From: Blastochloris viridis
Lineage (GTDB): Bacteria > Pseudomonadota > Alphaproteobacteria > UBA2136 > UBA6156
NCBI GenBank assembly: GCA_005768725.1
Contig: VAFM01000002.1
Coordinates: 438,512-502,511 of the forward strand
Reading direction: 5' to 3'
DNA length: 64,000 nt
Part shown: positions 45,813 through 59,058 of the stretch, piece after piece
How positions within the stretch are numbered: the first letter of the stretch is position 1
Layout of the letters: every line of letters starts with the position of its first letter
Program-made: the position numbers and the translations under genes
Notes under the pieces: generated by a model
Database searches by the model: none
Told to the model about the DNA's origin: nothing
The model's input: only the letters and a program-made list of their open reading frames with translations

Positions 45813-46391
45813 ATGCTCAGACCTTTCTTCTTCCTCCGACATGGCCAGACAAACTGGAATGTCGACAAAATATGGCAGGGGCAAACCGATGTCCCTCTCA
45901 ACGCCACAGGCGTACAACAAGCCCATTATGCCGCCGAAAAACTGCGCATGCAGAATGTTCCGATTACACGCATCGTTTCCAGCCCTCTGATACGCGCCTA
46001 TCGTACCGCTGAAATCGTGGCCAAAAGCCTCAATATCACGGTCGACGTCGACACACGCCTCAAAGAGCGTGCTTACGGTGCTTTCGAAGGACTAAGCTCG
46101 CAGAAAACCCGCGAAAAATATGGCCTTGCCGAGGATGAGTCTCACGAACATATCCTGCCACCCGACGCTGAAACCCTGCCGGCGCTCACCGAACGGATAA
46201 AGGAGTCTCTCCTCTTCTGGTTTCTCAGCTACCCGCACGATACTATCCTCATTGTCAGCCATGGAGGTTGCTGTAGTGCCCTTCAGGCCGACCTATGCGG
46301 TCAGGGGGGTTACAACCGCGTCCCCACAGGGGCTCCGCATTATTTTCAGCCTGCCAAAGGGTCGTACTTATGGACCTTTAAACCTGTCTGA
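45813..46391 (+). CDS. Histidine phosphatase family protein, second tandem paralog
   Basis: FLRHGQTNWNVDKIWQGQTDVPLNATG. It looks AT-richer than the first copy. Confidence 0.8.
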   Translation: MLRPFFFLRHGQTNWNVDKIWQGQTDVPLNATGVQQAHYAAEKLRMQNVPITRIVSSPLIRAYRTAEIVAKSLNITVDVDTRLKERAYGAFEGLSSQKTREKYGLAEDESHEHILPPDAETLPALTERIKESLLFWFLSYPHDTILIVSHGGCCSALQADLCGQGGYNRVPTGAPHYFQPAKGSYLWTFKPV

Positions 46392-46404
46392 AGATATACG
46401 CCTA

Positions 46405-46437
46405 CAAAAAACGCCCGTGGTATACGGGCGTTTTTTG
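46405..46437. terminator. Bidirectional rho-independent terminator
   Basis: AAAAAACGCCCGT-GGTAT-ACGGGCGTTTTTT. Confidence 0.85.
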
Positions 46438-46448
46438 TCGTTCTGACC

Positions 46449-48971
<2,523 letters not shown>

Positions 48972-49173
48972 TTACTTTTTCTAACGCTGCAAACTAGCCC
49001 AAAACCCGCAAAAAAGCAAGCAAACCGGCTTGTCGGCAAGCCCGCCTTCACCCCTCATCTGCCCAACAAACAGGCACCCGCAGGAACATCCCGCACCCCG
49101 CACCGTAGTCCTGTCTCAGACCCTCTTAAGGTCTGTCATACAACCCCCCTCCCTCGCCGCTCCCACCCACCTG

Positions 49174-49198
49174 AAACGGGGCCTCTCCGGCCCCGTTT
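49174..49198 (-). terminator. Hairpin directly after the M48 peptidase stop
   Basis: AAACGGGGCC-loop-GGCCCCGTTT. The T tract on the minus strand is short. Confidence 0.45.
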
Positions 49199-49199
49199 T

Positions 49200-50423
49200 C
49201 TACCTCACTTCGTCAACAGCTATTGTCACCTTCCCGCCTCCGCCAACGCCACTCCCCGCCTGACTGAACGTCACATCGAATGTCGCCCCCGGTGCCACTG
49301 CACCGGCACTGGCGATAACCCGCGCCTTGGCGGTTTGCAGCGCCAGCCGCAACTCGGCTAGCGGCTGTGTGCCCTGATACGTCATCTGCACCACCACCGT
49401 ATCAGGGTCCACGCCATTAATGTTCCGCACCACCAACGCCTGCTGCACCGCCTTCACCTGTGCTGCGCGGGCGGTCTGGGCTTCCGCCAGTCCTTGGGCC
49501 GTCTCACGCTCCTGATAGGTCGTCCACGCCGTCTGCGCCACGGCCAGCAAACCGCCGCCCTGCCCCGCCGCCAGCTGTGGCAGGGTACTGCGCTGCCACA
49601 GCACATTGTTCACCAAAATCTCCTGCGCCTGCGGGTTTACGCGCCCTGCCACCCGGTACTGCGCCACCTGCTGACCGATCTGTTTCGTGCTGGCGGCACG
49701 ATCCCCGTTCAGAGGGTGACTCGAGATTAACCCCGCAGACTGCCCTTGCTGGGCATACAAACGGTTCCAGAGCGTACTGGCAGCCATCGGATCATATCCG
49801 GCCAGTGCCGCATATAAAATCCCGATCTGGTCGGCCTGCTGTTCCTGCGCCAGGGTAAAACTTTCGCCAAAGGCATCATTACTGGCATTCTTACGGTCAA
49901 GCAGACTCACGATCTGGTACGCCTGCTGACGCCCCACATGGTTGGCCGCCACGTGGCCCACCTCGTGCCCGATCACCGCCGCAATCTCGTCATCACTCTT
50001 CACCGAGTCCAGCAAGCCCTTGTACACCATCACGTACGAGCCACCGTTCACATAGGCGTTAAAGTCCTTCTCCGGCAGCAGCACCACTTTCCACTGGCTG
50101 GCCTCACCGGCAAAGTGGCTGGCCTGAATAATCCGCTGTGTGATCGTCACCAGTTTCGCATACCCGGCCGGGTCCACGTCAGCATTGATCTTCCCACCTC
50201 CCGCTGTCAGTTTGGCCAACTGCTGATCAATCGCCGCATTGCTTTCAGCGATCTGGGCGGCCCGGTCGCCACTGGCCAGAATGCGGCTGCCTGTCACGCG
50301 GTCCTGCGTGCTTACACTGTTGGCCACGCCGTACAGGCTCTGGTCTAACCCGGAAAGCTGCTCGGCACATCCGGCCAGCAATACAGCCATCGCCACCCCA
50401 CTCATAACCCGCATCATCTGCAT
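49200..50423 (-). CDS. M48-family zinc metalloprotease lipoprotein
   Basis: Lipobox VLLAGCAEQ and the HEVGHVAANH zinc motif. Confidence 0.85.
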   Translation of the reverse strand: MQMMRVMSGVAMAVLLAGCAEQLSGLDQSLYGVANSVSTQDRVTGSRILASGDRAAQIAESNAAIDQQLAKLTAGGGKINADVDPAGYAKLVTITQRIIQASHFAGEASQWKVVLLPEKDFNAYVNGGSYVMVYKGLLDSVKSDDEIAAVIGHEVGHVAANHVGRQQAYQIVSLLDRKNASNDAFGESFTLAQEQQADQIGILYAALAGYDPMAASTLWNRLYAQQGQSAGLISSHPLNGDRAASTKQIGQQVAQYRVAGRVNPQAQEILVNNVLWQRSTLPQLAAGQGGGLLAVAQTAWTTYQERETAQGLAEAQTARAAQVKAVQQALVVRNINGVDPDTVVVQMTYQGTQPLAELRLALQTAKARVIASAGAVAPGATFDVTFSQAGSGVGGGGKVTIAVDEVR

Positions 50424-50485
50424 CGCAAAACCTCCCCTGTGTTCTTAATCTGCAAGCGTACCCCGCCCGCATATCCTGTCAACAC

Positions 50486-50507
50486 AAAGGGCCCCGCAGG
50501 GCCCTTT
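50486..50507 (-). terminator. Hairpin terminator candidate
   Basis: AAAGGGCCC-CGCA-GGGCCCTTT, downstream of the 50529 gene. Confidence 0.5.
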
Positions 50508-50528
50508 GTTCCATGGTTGCGGTAAGCT

Positions 50529-52022
50529 TTAGAAGGCGACCGTCGCGGTCACGCTCATCGCACCCAGCGGCAGGCGGGCCACCGTCGCGGCGTGGGGCTC
50601 GGTGGTATCCACCGGCACGCTCCATACCTGCTCACGCACTTCGTCGGCCAGCATGGTACCTTCCAGCGGCAGGTGCAGGGTCAGCAGCGGGCGCTGGGCC
50701 GCATCGCCGAACTGCACCACCAGACGCGCATCGGTTACAGTGGAGGCGCTGTGGTTGGCTACACGGGCGCGCAGCAGCATGTTGGCGCCACGGCTTTCCG
50801 GCTTGGCAAGGCTTTCCACTTCCACGCTGCCAGCATCCAGTACCGGACGGCCGGTATCAGCCCCCACCACCGGCGCCTGAACGACCTCGGCGTTGGCCGT
50901 GGCATTGGCGGCACGGGTCGCACCGGCGGCAGCTTCGGCCTGTACAATGCCGCTCAGAACGTGCACAAAGTTCGGAATATTCACCACCACCCAGTGGTCA
51001 TCGCGGTGCTCAAGCACTACCTGCAGCGGCAGGGTCAGGGCCAAGTCGCGGCGGTGCAGCGGCACTTCCGCCACGGCTTCACCGGCATCCTGCATGCGCA
51101 CGTTGGCGCGGCCGATCTCCAGGTTATCACTCCCCAACAATCCATACAGGCGCAGCGGCAGGGTTTCGGCGCCGGCAGCATTACCGCGCACGGCTTCTAA
51201 AATATCACGCTGCAGTTCCAGCACCATACCGGGCTTCACCAGCAAAGCGGCATGCACAGCCAGCGCATCACGCGGCGGAAGGCTGAACATCTGGTTCACA
51301 ATGCTGGTCGCCACAGAGGGCAGATCCACTAGTTGCACTACACGATCAGCATCGCGCATCGCAATCGCACGGTTCAGGCTGGTCAGGGTGCTGGCTGGAG
51401 ACTCCTGACGGCTACCCACCCATAGCATGGCACCGACCAGCACTACCAATGCCGCAGCCACCCACATCCAGCGACGGTAGTTACGACGCGGCTTCACCGG
51501 CAGAATCACACTGGCGAAAGGGCTACCCTTGATGGCAATCCCCTTCTTGGCGCCGATGGTTTCCAGCTCGTGCATCACACCCGCTTTCACGGCCGCCATA
51601 TGCGTCGCCATTTCCGCCTTCTCGGCCTTTTTCTCGGCCTGAGCATCACGACGCAGCCAGCCCCACAGACGCTGTAGCGGCGTCAGCTGACGCGGCGCCG
51701 GATGCAAGTCTACGCCAGCAGCCTTGGCCGCCACATCCGCCGAAACGATCACCGCGGGTTCATCCGCCGCACGGGCTTCCAGCATATGGGTTTCCACTTT
51801 CTGAGTTTCTACGCGCAGCTCTTCGGTCGCGCGGAATTTGACGGCATTCGACGACACAAAACGGCCGCCGGTACCACGCTGGATGACCGCCGGACTGGTA
51901 GTCACAGCCTCTTTATCCGCACCCTTGGCACCGGGCTTGCTCACCTGGGCCAACACACCGGCCACGGTCTCACGGCCGGACGAAGGCTTGTTGACAGGCT
52001 TGGGCGTACGTTTGGCCGACAT
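50529..52022 (-). CDS. Hypothetical single-pass membrane protein
   Basis: 497 aa from the ATG at 52022 (SD GAGGAGAG). Basic N-terminus and one TM segment (WMWVAAALVVLVGAMLWVG). No family assigned. Confidence 0.6.
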   Translation of the reverse strand: MSAKRTPKPVNKPSSGRETVAGVLAQVSKPGAKGADKEAVTTSPAVIQRGTGGRFVSSNAVKFRATEELRVETQKVETHMLEARAADEPAVIVSADVAAKAAGVDLHPAPRQLTPLQRLWGWLRRDAQAEKKAEKAEMATHMAAVKAGVMHELETIGAKKGIAIKGSPFASVILPVKPRRNYRRWMWVAAALVVLVGAMLWVGSRQESPASTLTSLNRAIAMRDADRVVQLVDLPSVATSIVNQMFSLPPRDALAVHAALLVKPGMVLELQRDILEAVRGNAAGAETLPLRLYGLLGSDNLEIGRANVRMQDAGEAVAEVPLHRRDLALTLPLQVVLEHRDDHWVVVNIPNFVHVLSGIVQAEAAAGATRAANATANAEVVQAPVVGADTGRPVLDAGSVEVESLAKPESRGANMLLRARVANHSASTVTDARLVVQFGDAAQRPLLTLHLPLEGTMLADEVREQVWSVPVDTTEPHAATVARLPLGAMSVTATVAF

Positions 52023-52158
52023 GAATCTCTCTCCTCTTCGCAGGGTCACGTCCGTGCCCCGCCATGGGCGGCACCATACTGCATACCAACTGCAGCATCA
52101 AGACATGTGTACAACTTTCATGCAATAAGCATACACTTAGCGTAGGTTGCGCAAAAAC

Positions 52159-53856
52159 CTAGCCAATCCGCTCGAAAGCCCACCCCAGACGACACACGCC
52201 ACCCTGCGCCCGTCCATGCACCAGCAGTTGGCGGCAGGGCTTCATCACACCAAAATGCGGCGCATACCGGCTGTCGCGCACGTCCAGACGCCCGCCATCC
52301 ACCTTGACCGCAATGCGGACTCCGGCAGCCGTTTCCAGTTCAGCCTCACTGTCACTTACCAGACGTACATTCACATCTGGATGGATATGGAAATGCGCCC
52401 GCACCCGCCGCGAGGGTTTGCGGAACGTAATCTCATCCTCGCCACGCATCCGGCTGCCATCGGCCGCCATCACCAGTTTACGGCGGTGCTGCGCGCCCAC
52501 GTAGGCGTAGCCGTCATGGCTCCCTTCCACCCAGATATCACCCCCCGGCAACGGCTCGGCACCGCCCTGCAACACCAGTTCCACCTCACGCGGCCGCCGC
52601 CCCACCCGGAACCCGCCCCACACCTCGGCACTATCAACGCCTTCCAGGCTGACCGTGCTGTGGGAAGCTGTCGCACGGAAGGTATTCCGCAGCGCATGCT
52701 GGTAGGCATATGTCCCACCATTGACCACCACCCGCTCGCGGCCAATGTCTAACTCAAAACTCAGCATGTCGGCATGGGCGTGGCCAGGGTTCTCATCCGG
52801 CCCCACTTTGCCTGCATCAAACCACGCGCTCATACCACCCCGGCTCAAACGTGCATACCCGGCATCGGGCAAAATCTCCGGCGCATCATCGGCGCCACTC
52901 TGCCGCAACAGCTGCGCTACATACGGTGCATCCAGTACATCGGCATCATTGAACAAGGCTAACCCGCCATCGCCATGCACAAACATCCCCAGCGCCGTAC
53001 CCAGCTTGCGCACGGCCTCTTCCACCGGTTTGGGTGCGCCCCCGGCGTTGCGCAAAACGGCCCGAATCTCAAGTAAATCGCGCAGCACCTGCGCCGCATA
53101 CAACGGCGAAAGCTCGTAATGCATGCCATCGGGCAGAATCTGCACCGGCAACTGCCGCAACAGCCCGGCCATACCCTGTGCGTACATGTCGGCCTGCTCC
53201 AGCGCCAGACCGCCATAGATCATCGCCTTCAGGTTCTTCAATAAGTGGTTGCCGCCCAGGTCCAGCTCGGGGTTGGCCATCACATACGCTGCCTGACGGT
53301 ACAGACAGGCATAGAACGCCTGACGCAGATCATCATCCGCGCCATCCAGCAACCAATGCCCATGGGTCAGCCACGCCACCACGCGCAGGCTGGTCGGGTA
53401 CGGGTGCCAGGCAACCGGATGATACCGCCCGAAGCTCAGCAGCCAGTCGGCCACCAGTTGCCGCGCCACGGCGCGCTGCCCTGCCGCCCGCAGATCAGCT
53501 AACCATTCATGGTAATGCAGATGAAACACCCACAGGGCACTGGCCTGCGTCGGCAGCCAGGTACGCAGGCTACCATCAGCCCCGGTCGCCAGCGGTAACG
53601 TGATACCGGCAAAGGTGAACTGCCCTTTGGCCATCGCCGTACCGGCCGCAGGGTCACCACCGAATAATTCGACACCCACCCAGTGCGGTTCGCCCGCATC
53701 GTCGGGCATCAGGTCCTGCAGGCCATACAACGGAGAGGCATAATAAAAACGCTTGGCCCGCGCCAATAACCGCCACTTGATGGCCTCCAGTGGCACATAG
53801 CGCAAGGTGCGCCCCAGCCGGAGCGCTTTGGAGACTACATTCGTCGGGGCTGTCAT
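52159..53856 (-). CDS. Heparinase II/III-family protein
   Basis: 565 aa with the GHAHADMLSFEL block characteristic of the heparinase II/III C-terminal domain. Confidence 0.75.
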   Translation of the reverse strand: MTAPTNVVSKALRLGRTLRYVPLEAIKWRLLARAKRFYYASPLYGLQDLMPDDAGEPHWVGVELFGGDPAAGTAMAKGQFTFAGITLPLATGADGSLRTWLPTQASALWVFHLHYHEWLADLRAAGQRAVARQLVADWLLSFGRYHPVAWHPYPTSLRVVAWLTHGHWLLDGADDDLRQAFYACLYRQAAYVMANPELDLGGNHLLKNLKAMIYGGLALEQADMYAQGMAGLLRQLPVQILPDGMHYELSPLYAAQVLRDLLEIRAVLRNAGGAPKPVEEAVRKLGTALGMFVHGDGGLALFNDADVLDAPYVAQLLRQSGADDAPEILPDAGYARLSRGGMSAWFDAGKVGPDENPGHAHADMLSFELDIGRERVVVNGGTYAYQHALRNTFRATASHSTVSLEGVDSAEVWGGFRVGRRPREVELVLQGGAEPLPGGDIWVEGSHDGYAYVGAQHRRKLVMAADGSRMRGEDEITFRKPSRRVRAHFHIHPDVNVRLVSDSEAELETAAGVRIAVKVDGGRLDVRDSRYAPHFGVMKPCRQLLVHGRAQGGVCRLGWAFERIG

Positions 53857-53931
53857 AGGTTCAAGCTATCCCATTTCACCAAGAGCCGCTACTGCCGTGG
53901 CGGCCCCCGTAATAGGTGAAGCGCAGAAAGC

Positions 53932-55971
53932 CTAGACCTTCACACCCATTTGGGTCATCACCTGTTGCATCTGGCTCTTCATGTCACTGAACGCCCCCTG
54001 CACCTCGCCCACAGCCTGATTGACCTGATCGGCCGCCACACCGGTATCGTTGGCAGCCTGTTCGATGCCGATCATATTCTCATCCACGTCTTTCACGCGG
54101 TGGCTGGCATCCTGCACGCTGGTGGCAATGTGCTTGACCACACCACTCTGCTCTTCCACGGCGGCACTCACCGAGGTGGCATTATCACGGATGCGGTGAA
54201 TCGCACTCACCACGGTCTGCAACGCACTCACACTCTCCTTGGTCACTTCCTGGATTTCGCGGATCTGCTCACCAATATCGACAGTTGCCTGCGTGGTATG
54301 GCTGGCCAGTTTCTTCACCTCATCGGCCACCACGGCAAAGCCACGGCCTGCATCACCAGCACGCGCCGCTTCAATCGCAGCGTTCAACGCCAGCAGGTTG
54401 GTCTGTGCCGCCAGATCATTAATGAGCCCGACAACCTCGCTGATGCGCCCGCTGGCCTCACCCAGTTTGCGCACCACTTCATCGGTATGGCGGGCCTTGG
54501 TCACGGCATCATCCACCAGTTGATTGGTTTCATGAATGCTCTGCGAAATGTCATGGATCGACGTATTCAGTTCTTCCACCGCCACGGTCACCGAGCCCAC
54601 ATACTGGGCGGCCTCGGTCGAGTTCCGGCGTACCACGGTGCTCTGCGCGCTGGTTTCCTCGCTGGCCGCGATCATGCTGGCCACAGCGTCACCCACCATG
54701 CCGGTGCTCTGGCCCACACGCTCACTGCCCTTATTAAAGTTCCGACCCATGCGAACGACCGGCTCTGAAAGCTTTCCTCCCAGCCATAAGCCAAATACAG
54801 TGATAGCAATGAGCGCGGCCACGAGAATCACCACCGAAGCCAACGCGTCCTCATAGAAGGCTTGGTACAAGCCATCCATCTCGGTCCGCACGACCAGCGC
54901 CCAGTCCAGCCCCTCGATCTGCAACGGGCGGTATACCGCCACCACCGGCACATTGCGGCTGTTCTTGAAGAACTTGACGCCCGGCTCTTTAAAGAACTCC
55001 GGCACCATCTCAAACGCCTGACCCTTCAACTGGCGCAGCAGGTCATTCTTTTCGACGGTACGCATATCGTTGCGCAGGCGGCCATCACGACCGACAAAGT
55101 AACCGTCGGTGTGGTCGCCATAACCCGCCAGACTCTTGAACAATGCATCAATTTTCAACGAGGGCAATTGGAACGCCAGAACCCCAATGAGCGTCTTGCC
55201 TTCAAACACCGGCACGGCCACAAATCCGGCCCCAGCATCGTAGCTCGGCATATATTTCTGGAAGTCGGCCACGAACATCTCACCCGGCTTGGTGGCTTTC
55301 AGCGCCCGGCGCACCACATCCGAGAAGTTAGTATCCTTCAGCGGACCATCATACACACTGCTCATGAAGTCGATCTCCTTGAACACCGTGAACACCACGT
55401 TCCCCTTGGTATCGATCAGGAAGATGTCATAAAAACCGAACTCCTGCAGATATTCACGAAAGTACGGCAGGTAACGACTATGGGCTTGGCTGTAGGCACT
55501 GTCATCATGCGCCTTGTCCATCTTCTCTTTCTGGCCGATGGGGTTCGGATTATCAATAATGTAAAGCGTCTGCATGGCCTGAATACGCGCATCCTTCGGC
55601 ATCCAGGCATCCACATCGGCAGGCTTGGTGTCCGGCGTGTTCTGTTGCTGGTACTCATAACGCGCGCGCAGTTTACCGAGGTTGACCGGCACCGAGGCCG
55701 GATCAAAGGTCTCTACTCCATCCCGCAGCTCGATCAAGGCCGTGCGGGTGGTGGGGTTGATCGACAACGTCCGCGCCAGTCCATATACGGTATTGAAGTA
55801 GTCTTCTGCCGCCAGCGCGATATCCTGACGCGAGACAGTCAAATCACTGACCGTCCCCTTCTGAATGGTCTGAAAACCGCTATAGATGGAATAACCGCCC
55901 ATCACCAGCATCGGCAGAACACCGACCAGCAGAAGGGAACCAATGATTTTTTGTTTGAACGAGATATACAT
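53932..55971 (-). CDS. Methyl-accepting chemotaxis protein (Cache-type sensor)
   Basis: N-terminal TM, a periplasmic domain, a second TM, then the signalling hairpin [31 protein letters not shown]. Confidence 0.92.
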   Translation of the reverse strand: MYISFKQKIIGSLLLVGVLPMLVMGGYSIYSGFQTIQKGTVSDLTVSRQDIALAAEDYFNTVYGLARTLSINPTTRTALIELRDGVETFDPASVPVNLGKLRARYEYQQQNTPDTKPADVDAWMPKDARIQAMQTLYIIDNPNPIGQKEKMDKAHDDSAYSQAHSRYLPYFREYLQEFGFYDIFLIDTKGNVVFTVFKEIDFMSSVYDGPLKDTNFSDVVRRALKATKPGEMFVADFQKYMPSYDAGAGFVAVPVFEGKTLIGVLAFQLPSLKIDALFKSLAGYGDHTDGYFVGRDGRLRNDMRTVEKNDLLRQLKGQAFEMVPEFFKEPGVKFFKNSRNVPVVAVYRPLQIEGLDWALVVRTEMDGLYQAFYEDALASVVILVAALIAITVFGLWLGGKLSEPVVRMGRNFNKGSERVGQSTGMVGDAVASMIAASEETSAQSTVVRRNSTEAAQYVGSVTVAVEELNTSIHDISQSIHETNQLVDDAVTKARHTDEVVRKLGEASGRISEVVGLINDLAAQTNLLALNAAIEAARAGDAGRGFAVVADEVKKLASHTTQATVDIGEQIREIQEVTKESVSALQTVVSAIHRIRDNATSVSAAVEEQSGVVKHIATSVQDASHRVKDVDENMIGIEQAANDTGVAADQVNQAVGEVQGAFSDMKSQMQQVMTQMGVKV

Positions 55972-56157
55972 GACTAAGCCTTTCCGGCGTATTCTTCTTA
56001 TTAAGGATTATTGGTCATACATTACAAAAAACGGTTTACCCCGCGAAGCCTTTTCCCGAAAATCCGCCTTTCAAGCGTCAGAGCTGTGGTTTCTCCATCA
56101 CCCCACAACGTAATGAAGCGCCCCGCAGGGCGCCCCATTATCCGATACATACCAACC

Positions 56158-56634
56158 TTAGTTGATGATCTTCCAGCTGCCATCGGCTTGCTTGCAGGCG
56201 GTACCGTAGGCGCGCTCGGTCTTGCCGCCGATGGTCACGGTCTGCTGGTACTCACGGCAGGCGCTACCGGTGCTGTCACGACCTTCACGGACCGGTACGA
56301 TGGTACCTTGGTTTCCGCTTTGCGGGTTGTACCAGGTGATCTGCTGACCAACCGGAGCGGTAGCGGCACGGCTGGCGGCACCTTCATAGTAGCCACGGTC
56401 TTGGGCGGTCATGCCTTGGGCCACTTTGTTACCAACCCAGGCACCGGCCAGGGCACCGACCACAGCCGCAACGGTCTGGCCGCTACCACCACCGAACTGG
56501 CTACCGATCACGGCACCACTTACCGCACCGATACCGGTACCGATGTCAGTCCCGGACAGGCCGGCACCTTCGCTACAGGCGGTCAGGGCTACGCTGGACA
56601 GCAGGGCAGCCATCACAAATTTCTTGCTCATCAT
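56158..56634 (-). CDS. Glycine-zipper outer-membrane lipoprotein (17-kDa surface antigen-like)
   Basis: Lipobox VALTACSEG and glycine zipper GAVSGAVIGSQFGGGSGQTVAAVVGALAGAWVG. The C-terminal CREYQQTVTIGGK..GTACKQADGSWKI is similar to that of the family. Confidence 0.8.
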   Translation of the reverse strand: MMSKKFVMAALLSSVALTACSEGAGLSGTDIGTGIGAVSGAVIGSQFGGGSGQTVAAVVGALAGAWVGNKVAQGMTAQDRGYYEGAASRAATAPVGQQITWYNPQSGNQGTIVPVREGRDSTGSACREYQQTVTIGGKTERAYGTACKQADGSWKIIN

Positions 56635-56829
56635 CGTAAGAGAATCCTTTTGTTGAGGTTATTCAGGAAAGCGATGGTACTCCACACCAACCGCTTCGCT
56701 CTGTCAATCAACCATTAAACGCACGTAAGGTTCCAACCCCTTCGCGAAGTCAGCCCTCAGTAAGAAAATACACTCAAGAGAGAATGAGCAAAAACACCGT
56801 CGCGCCGCAACTTGCCCCCGCGCACGCGG

Positions 56830-58845
56830 TTATTGCTTGCACACCTGCAGGCGGAAGTCTCCCCCACCCACATCAATATAACGCATCTGTCCGCGCTGGC
56901 CTGGCGCACAGGCCTCGGCACCGGTACCTGCCACCTGCACAGTCCCGGCTACGGCCAGATTCTTGTTGGTCTGATTCCAGACAATACTGTTGGAGCCGGA
57001 AATCTCATTCAGCGCACCCTTGAACTGCACACTGCCGACGATACCGGCCGCTTCAAGGTTACCGGCATTGATACCCGTCAACTGGCTCCCGTCACCGGAG
57101 AACGACGTCGCACTGACCGTTCCGGTCGCCTGCAAACCGCCGTTGGCAAAACTCACGCCGTCAATGCTCTGGCTACCGCTCACATACAGGTTGCCTGTTA
57201 CGCGCAGATTGGTGAACGTCCCGGCCGCCGGGTTCGTACCGCCGATCACGGTGCCGTCGATCGCACCACCATGGATCACCACGGTATTGCTGTTCTGCAA
57301 GGCCATATCGCCCAGACCCAAAGCCGTATTGGCCGCCACACAGGCAAAGGCATTAGTGCTGCTATTCCAGCTTAACACTTCACCGGTGCTACATTGGGCG
57401 GGGGCACCGCGGTCACACACCACACTGCCGCTGGCATGGTCGTAATAACACCATTTGCCGTCATTACCGGCACCAAGACCCGCCAGCTTGTCCTGCACGG
57501 CTTTCCATTTGCCGTTGTCATAGCGCAGAAAATCGTTGTTATTGGGGCTCAACGTCGTATTAGCATCCACGCGCACGTCACCCAGTTCCACAAGGTCAAG
57601 GGGGTCAGAGGCACCACCGGCATCACTCACACAGGTCAAATTGGTACCATCCCCGGTCAATACCTGCCCGGTGGTACAGGTCGGCAGAGTATTCTGGGCA
57701 AAGCCCTGAACCGTGCCCGGTACCCATTTCTGGCTGGTCAGGTCGTATTTCACAAACTGCCCGTCAGCAACACCGCTCACGTTCACGTCGTCCAAGTTAG
57801 CAAAGGTCAGCGGGTCAGCGCTACCACCCGCGTCGTTCACACAGGTCAGGCTGGTACCATTGTAAGTCAGCACCTGCCCGGCGGCACAGCTGGAAAGCGT
57901 CGTCTTAGCCCAATCCGGCACGGTCGGATCCATTTCACTCCCGGCCACCCACTCGGTGCCGTTGTAAATCAGTACGGTACCGCTGGTCTGGGCGCTGGTG
58001 TTCACATCACTCAGGTCGCCCAGTGCCAAGGCACCTTCCAGTGCATCACCGGCCGCTTCACATTTCAGAATCACTTTCCCATCCTGCGTGACCGAACGCA
58101 GAATTTCGCCGCTGCCACAGGCTGCCAGGCTGTAACCGGGGATATCGGTACGGGCAAACGCCGCCGTGAACGGGTCAGCTTCCTGCGTGATACCCACACT
58201 GTCCACACGGCAAAGCAGATTACCGCCAACCATGGTCAGCATTTCATTGGTGGCACAGTTCGGCAGGGCCGGGTTGGTGTCGGTGCGTGCAAAGCTATGC
58301 ACCAGGGGGTCTTGTTCACGCGTAATCCCCTTCTGGTCGGGGATACACGTCAACGAGTCACCGCTCGCACTCAGAACCTGCTCGCTACCACAGTTCGGCA
58401 GCGGAGACTTGGCAAAACCTTGCACGGTCGGGTCGGTTTCGTTGCTCACAAAGCCGCTCTGTACACACGAGAACTCACCGCCGGTCACACCCAGAATGCT
58501 GCCGCCACTACAGGTCGGCAAAGCTTTCTTGGCAAAACCCTGTACGGTCGGGTCGGTTTCGCGGTCACATACCCAGTTGGTACCGGTATAGCGCAATTTG
58601 TCCCCGGCATCGGGGCAGCTGCCCAACTGGGCTTTGGCGTGGGGCTGTACCTTGGCCATTTCGGTATTCAGCACATCCACATCGCCTTCCACTTTAGAAA
58701 GACGGGCATTGGTCTTGGCATTCTGCAATCCGCGGCCACCGCTCTGGGTAAAGAACTGTTCCTGCGCCTGGGGGGCCGCCAGTGGCAGCAGCAAACCGGC
58801 CAGCATAGGCACCGCCAGCACCAGCCAAAGGCGCGAACGCAGCAT
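56830..58845 (-). CDS. Secreted Cys-pair repeat protein with tail-fibre-like C-terminal region (671 aa)
   Basis: Signal peptide MLRSRLWLVLAVPMLAGLLLPLAAPQAQ. At least 7 repeats of [ET]DPxVxxFAxxxLPxCxxGxxLxxxGxxLxC. L[GD]DV...G..L.Y.G..W repeats. SFSGDGSQLTGINAGNL. It ends with ACAPGQRGQMRYIDVGGGDFRLQVCKQ. Confidence 0.8.
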   Translation of the reverse strand: MLRSRLWLVLAVPMLAGLLLPLAAPQAQEQFFTQSGGRGLQNAKTNARLSKVEGDVDVLNTEMAKVQPHAKAQLGSCPDAGDKLRYTGTNWVCDRETDPTVQGFAKKALPTCSGGSILGVTGGEFSCVQSGFVSNETDPTVQGFAKSPLPNCGSEQVLSASGDSLTCIPDQKGITREQDPLVHSFARTDTNPALPNCATNEMLTMVGGNLLCRVDSVGITQEADPFTAAFARTDIPGYSLAACGSGEILRSVTQDGKVILKCEAAGDALEGALALGDLSDVNTSAQTSGTVLIYNGTEWVAGSEMDPTVPDWAKTTLSSCAAGQVLTYNGTSLTCVNDAGGSADPLTFANLDDVNVSGVADGQFVKYDLTSQKWVPGTVQGFAQNTLPTCTTGQVLTGDGTNLTCVSDAGGASDPLDLVELGDVRVDANTTLSPNNNDFLRYDNGKWKAVQDKLAGLGAGNDGKWCYYDHASGSVVCDRGAPAQCSTGEVLSWNSSTNAFACVAANTALGLGDMALQNSNTVVIHGGAIDGTVIGGTNPAAGTFTNLRVTGNLYVSGSQSIDGVSFANGGLQATGTVSATSFSGDGSQLTGINAGNLEAAGIVGSVQFKGALNEISGSNSIVWNQTNKNLAVAGTVQVAGTGAEACAPGQRGQMRYIDVGGGDFRLQVCKQ
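57340..58620 (-). repeat. Intragenic Cys-pair repeat array
   Basis: 20 cysteines arranged as 10 consecutive pairs, with 10-22 residues between the two Cys of a pair (counted in my translation). Confidence 0.75.
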
Positions 58846-59058
58846 GCGGGCGACGAATCTGTTCACTCTTGTTCCTTTTTGGGGGCTTGCACGAGGATTT
58901 CTGACATTTACTCTCGCAAACCAGCGCTCATTCCACAATCGTCCTACCGGCTTTTACACCAAACGAGCGCACCCGCTATGGCCGCTCCGCCACAAATCAG
59001 GGCCCTTACAACAGGCAATCCGCTTGCCCAAAAAGACGCGAGGGCGTATGCACTTTGC

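Noticed and set aside
57394-59058. N-terminal 555 codons of the 960-aa plus-strand track ORF
   Set aside because: This part is antisense to the Cys-pair repeat protein and is low-complexity. WecB homology begins only at MSKAPSKNIQKIMVVFGTRPE (59059).
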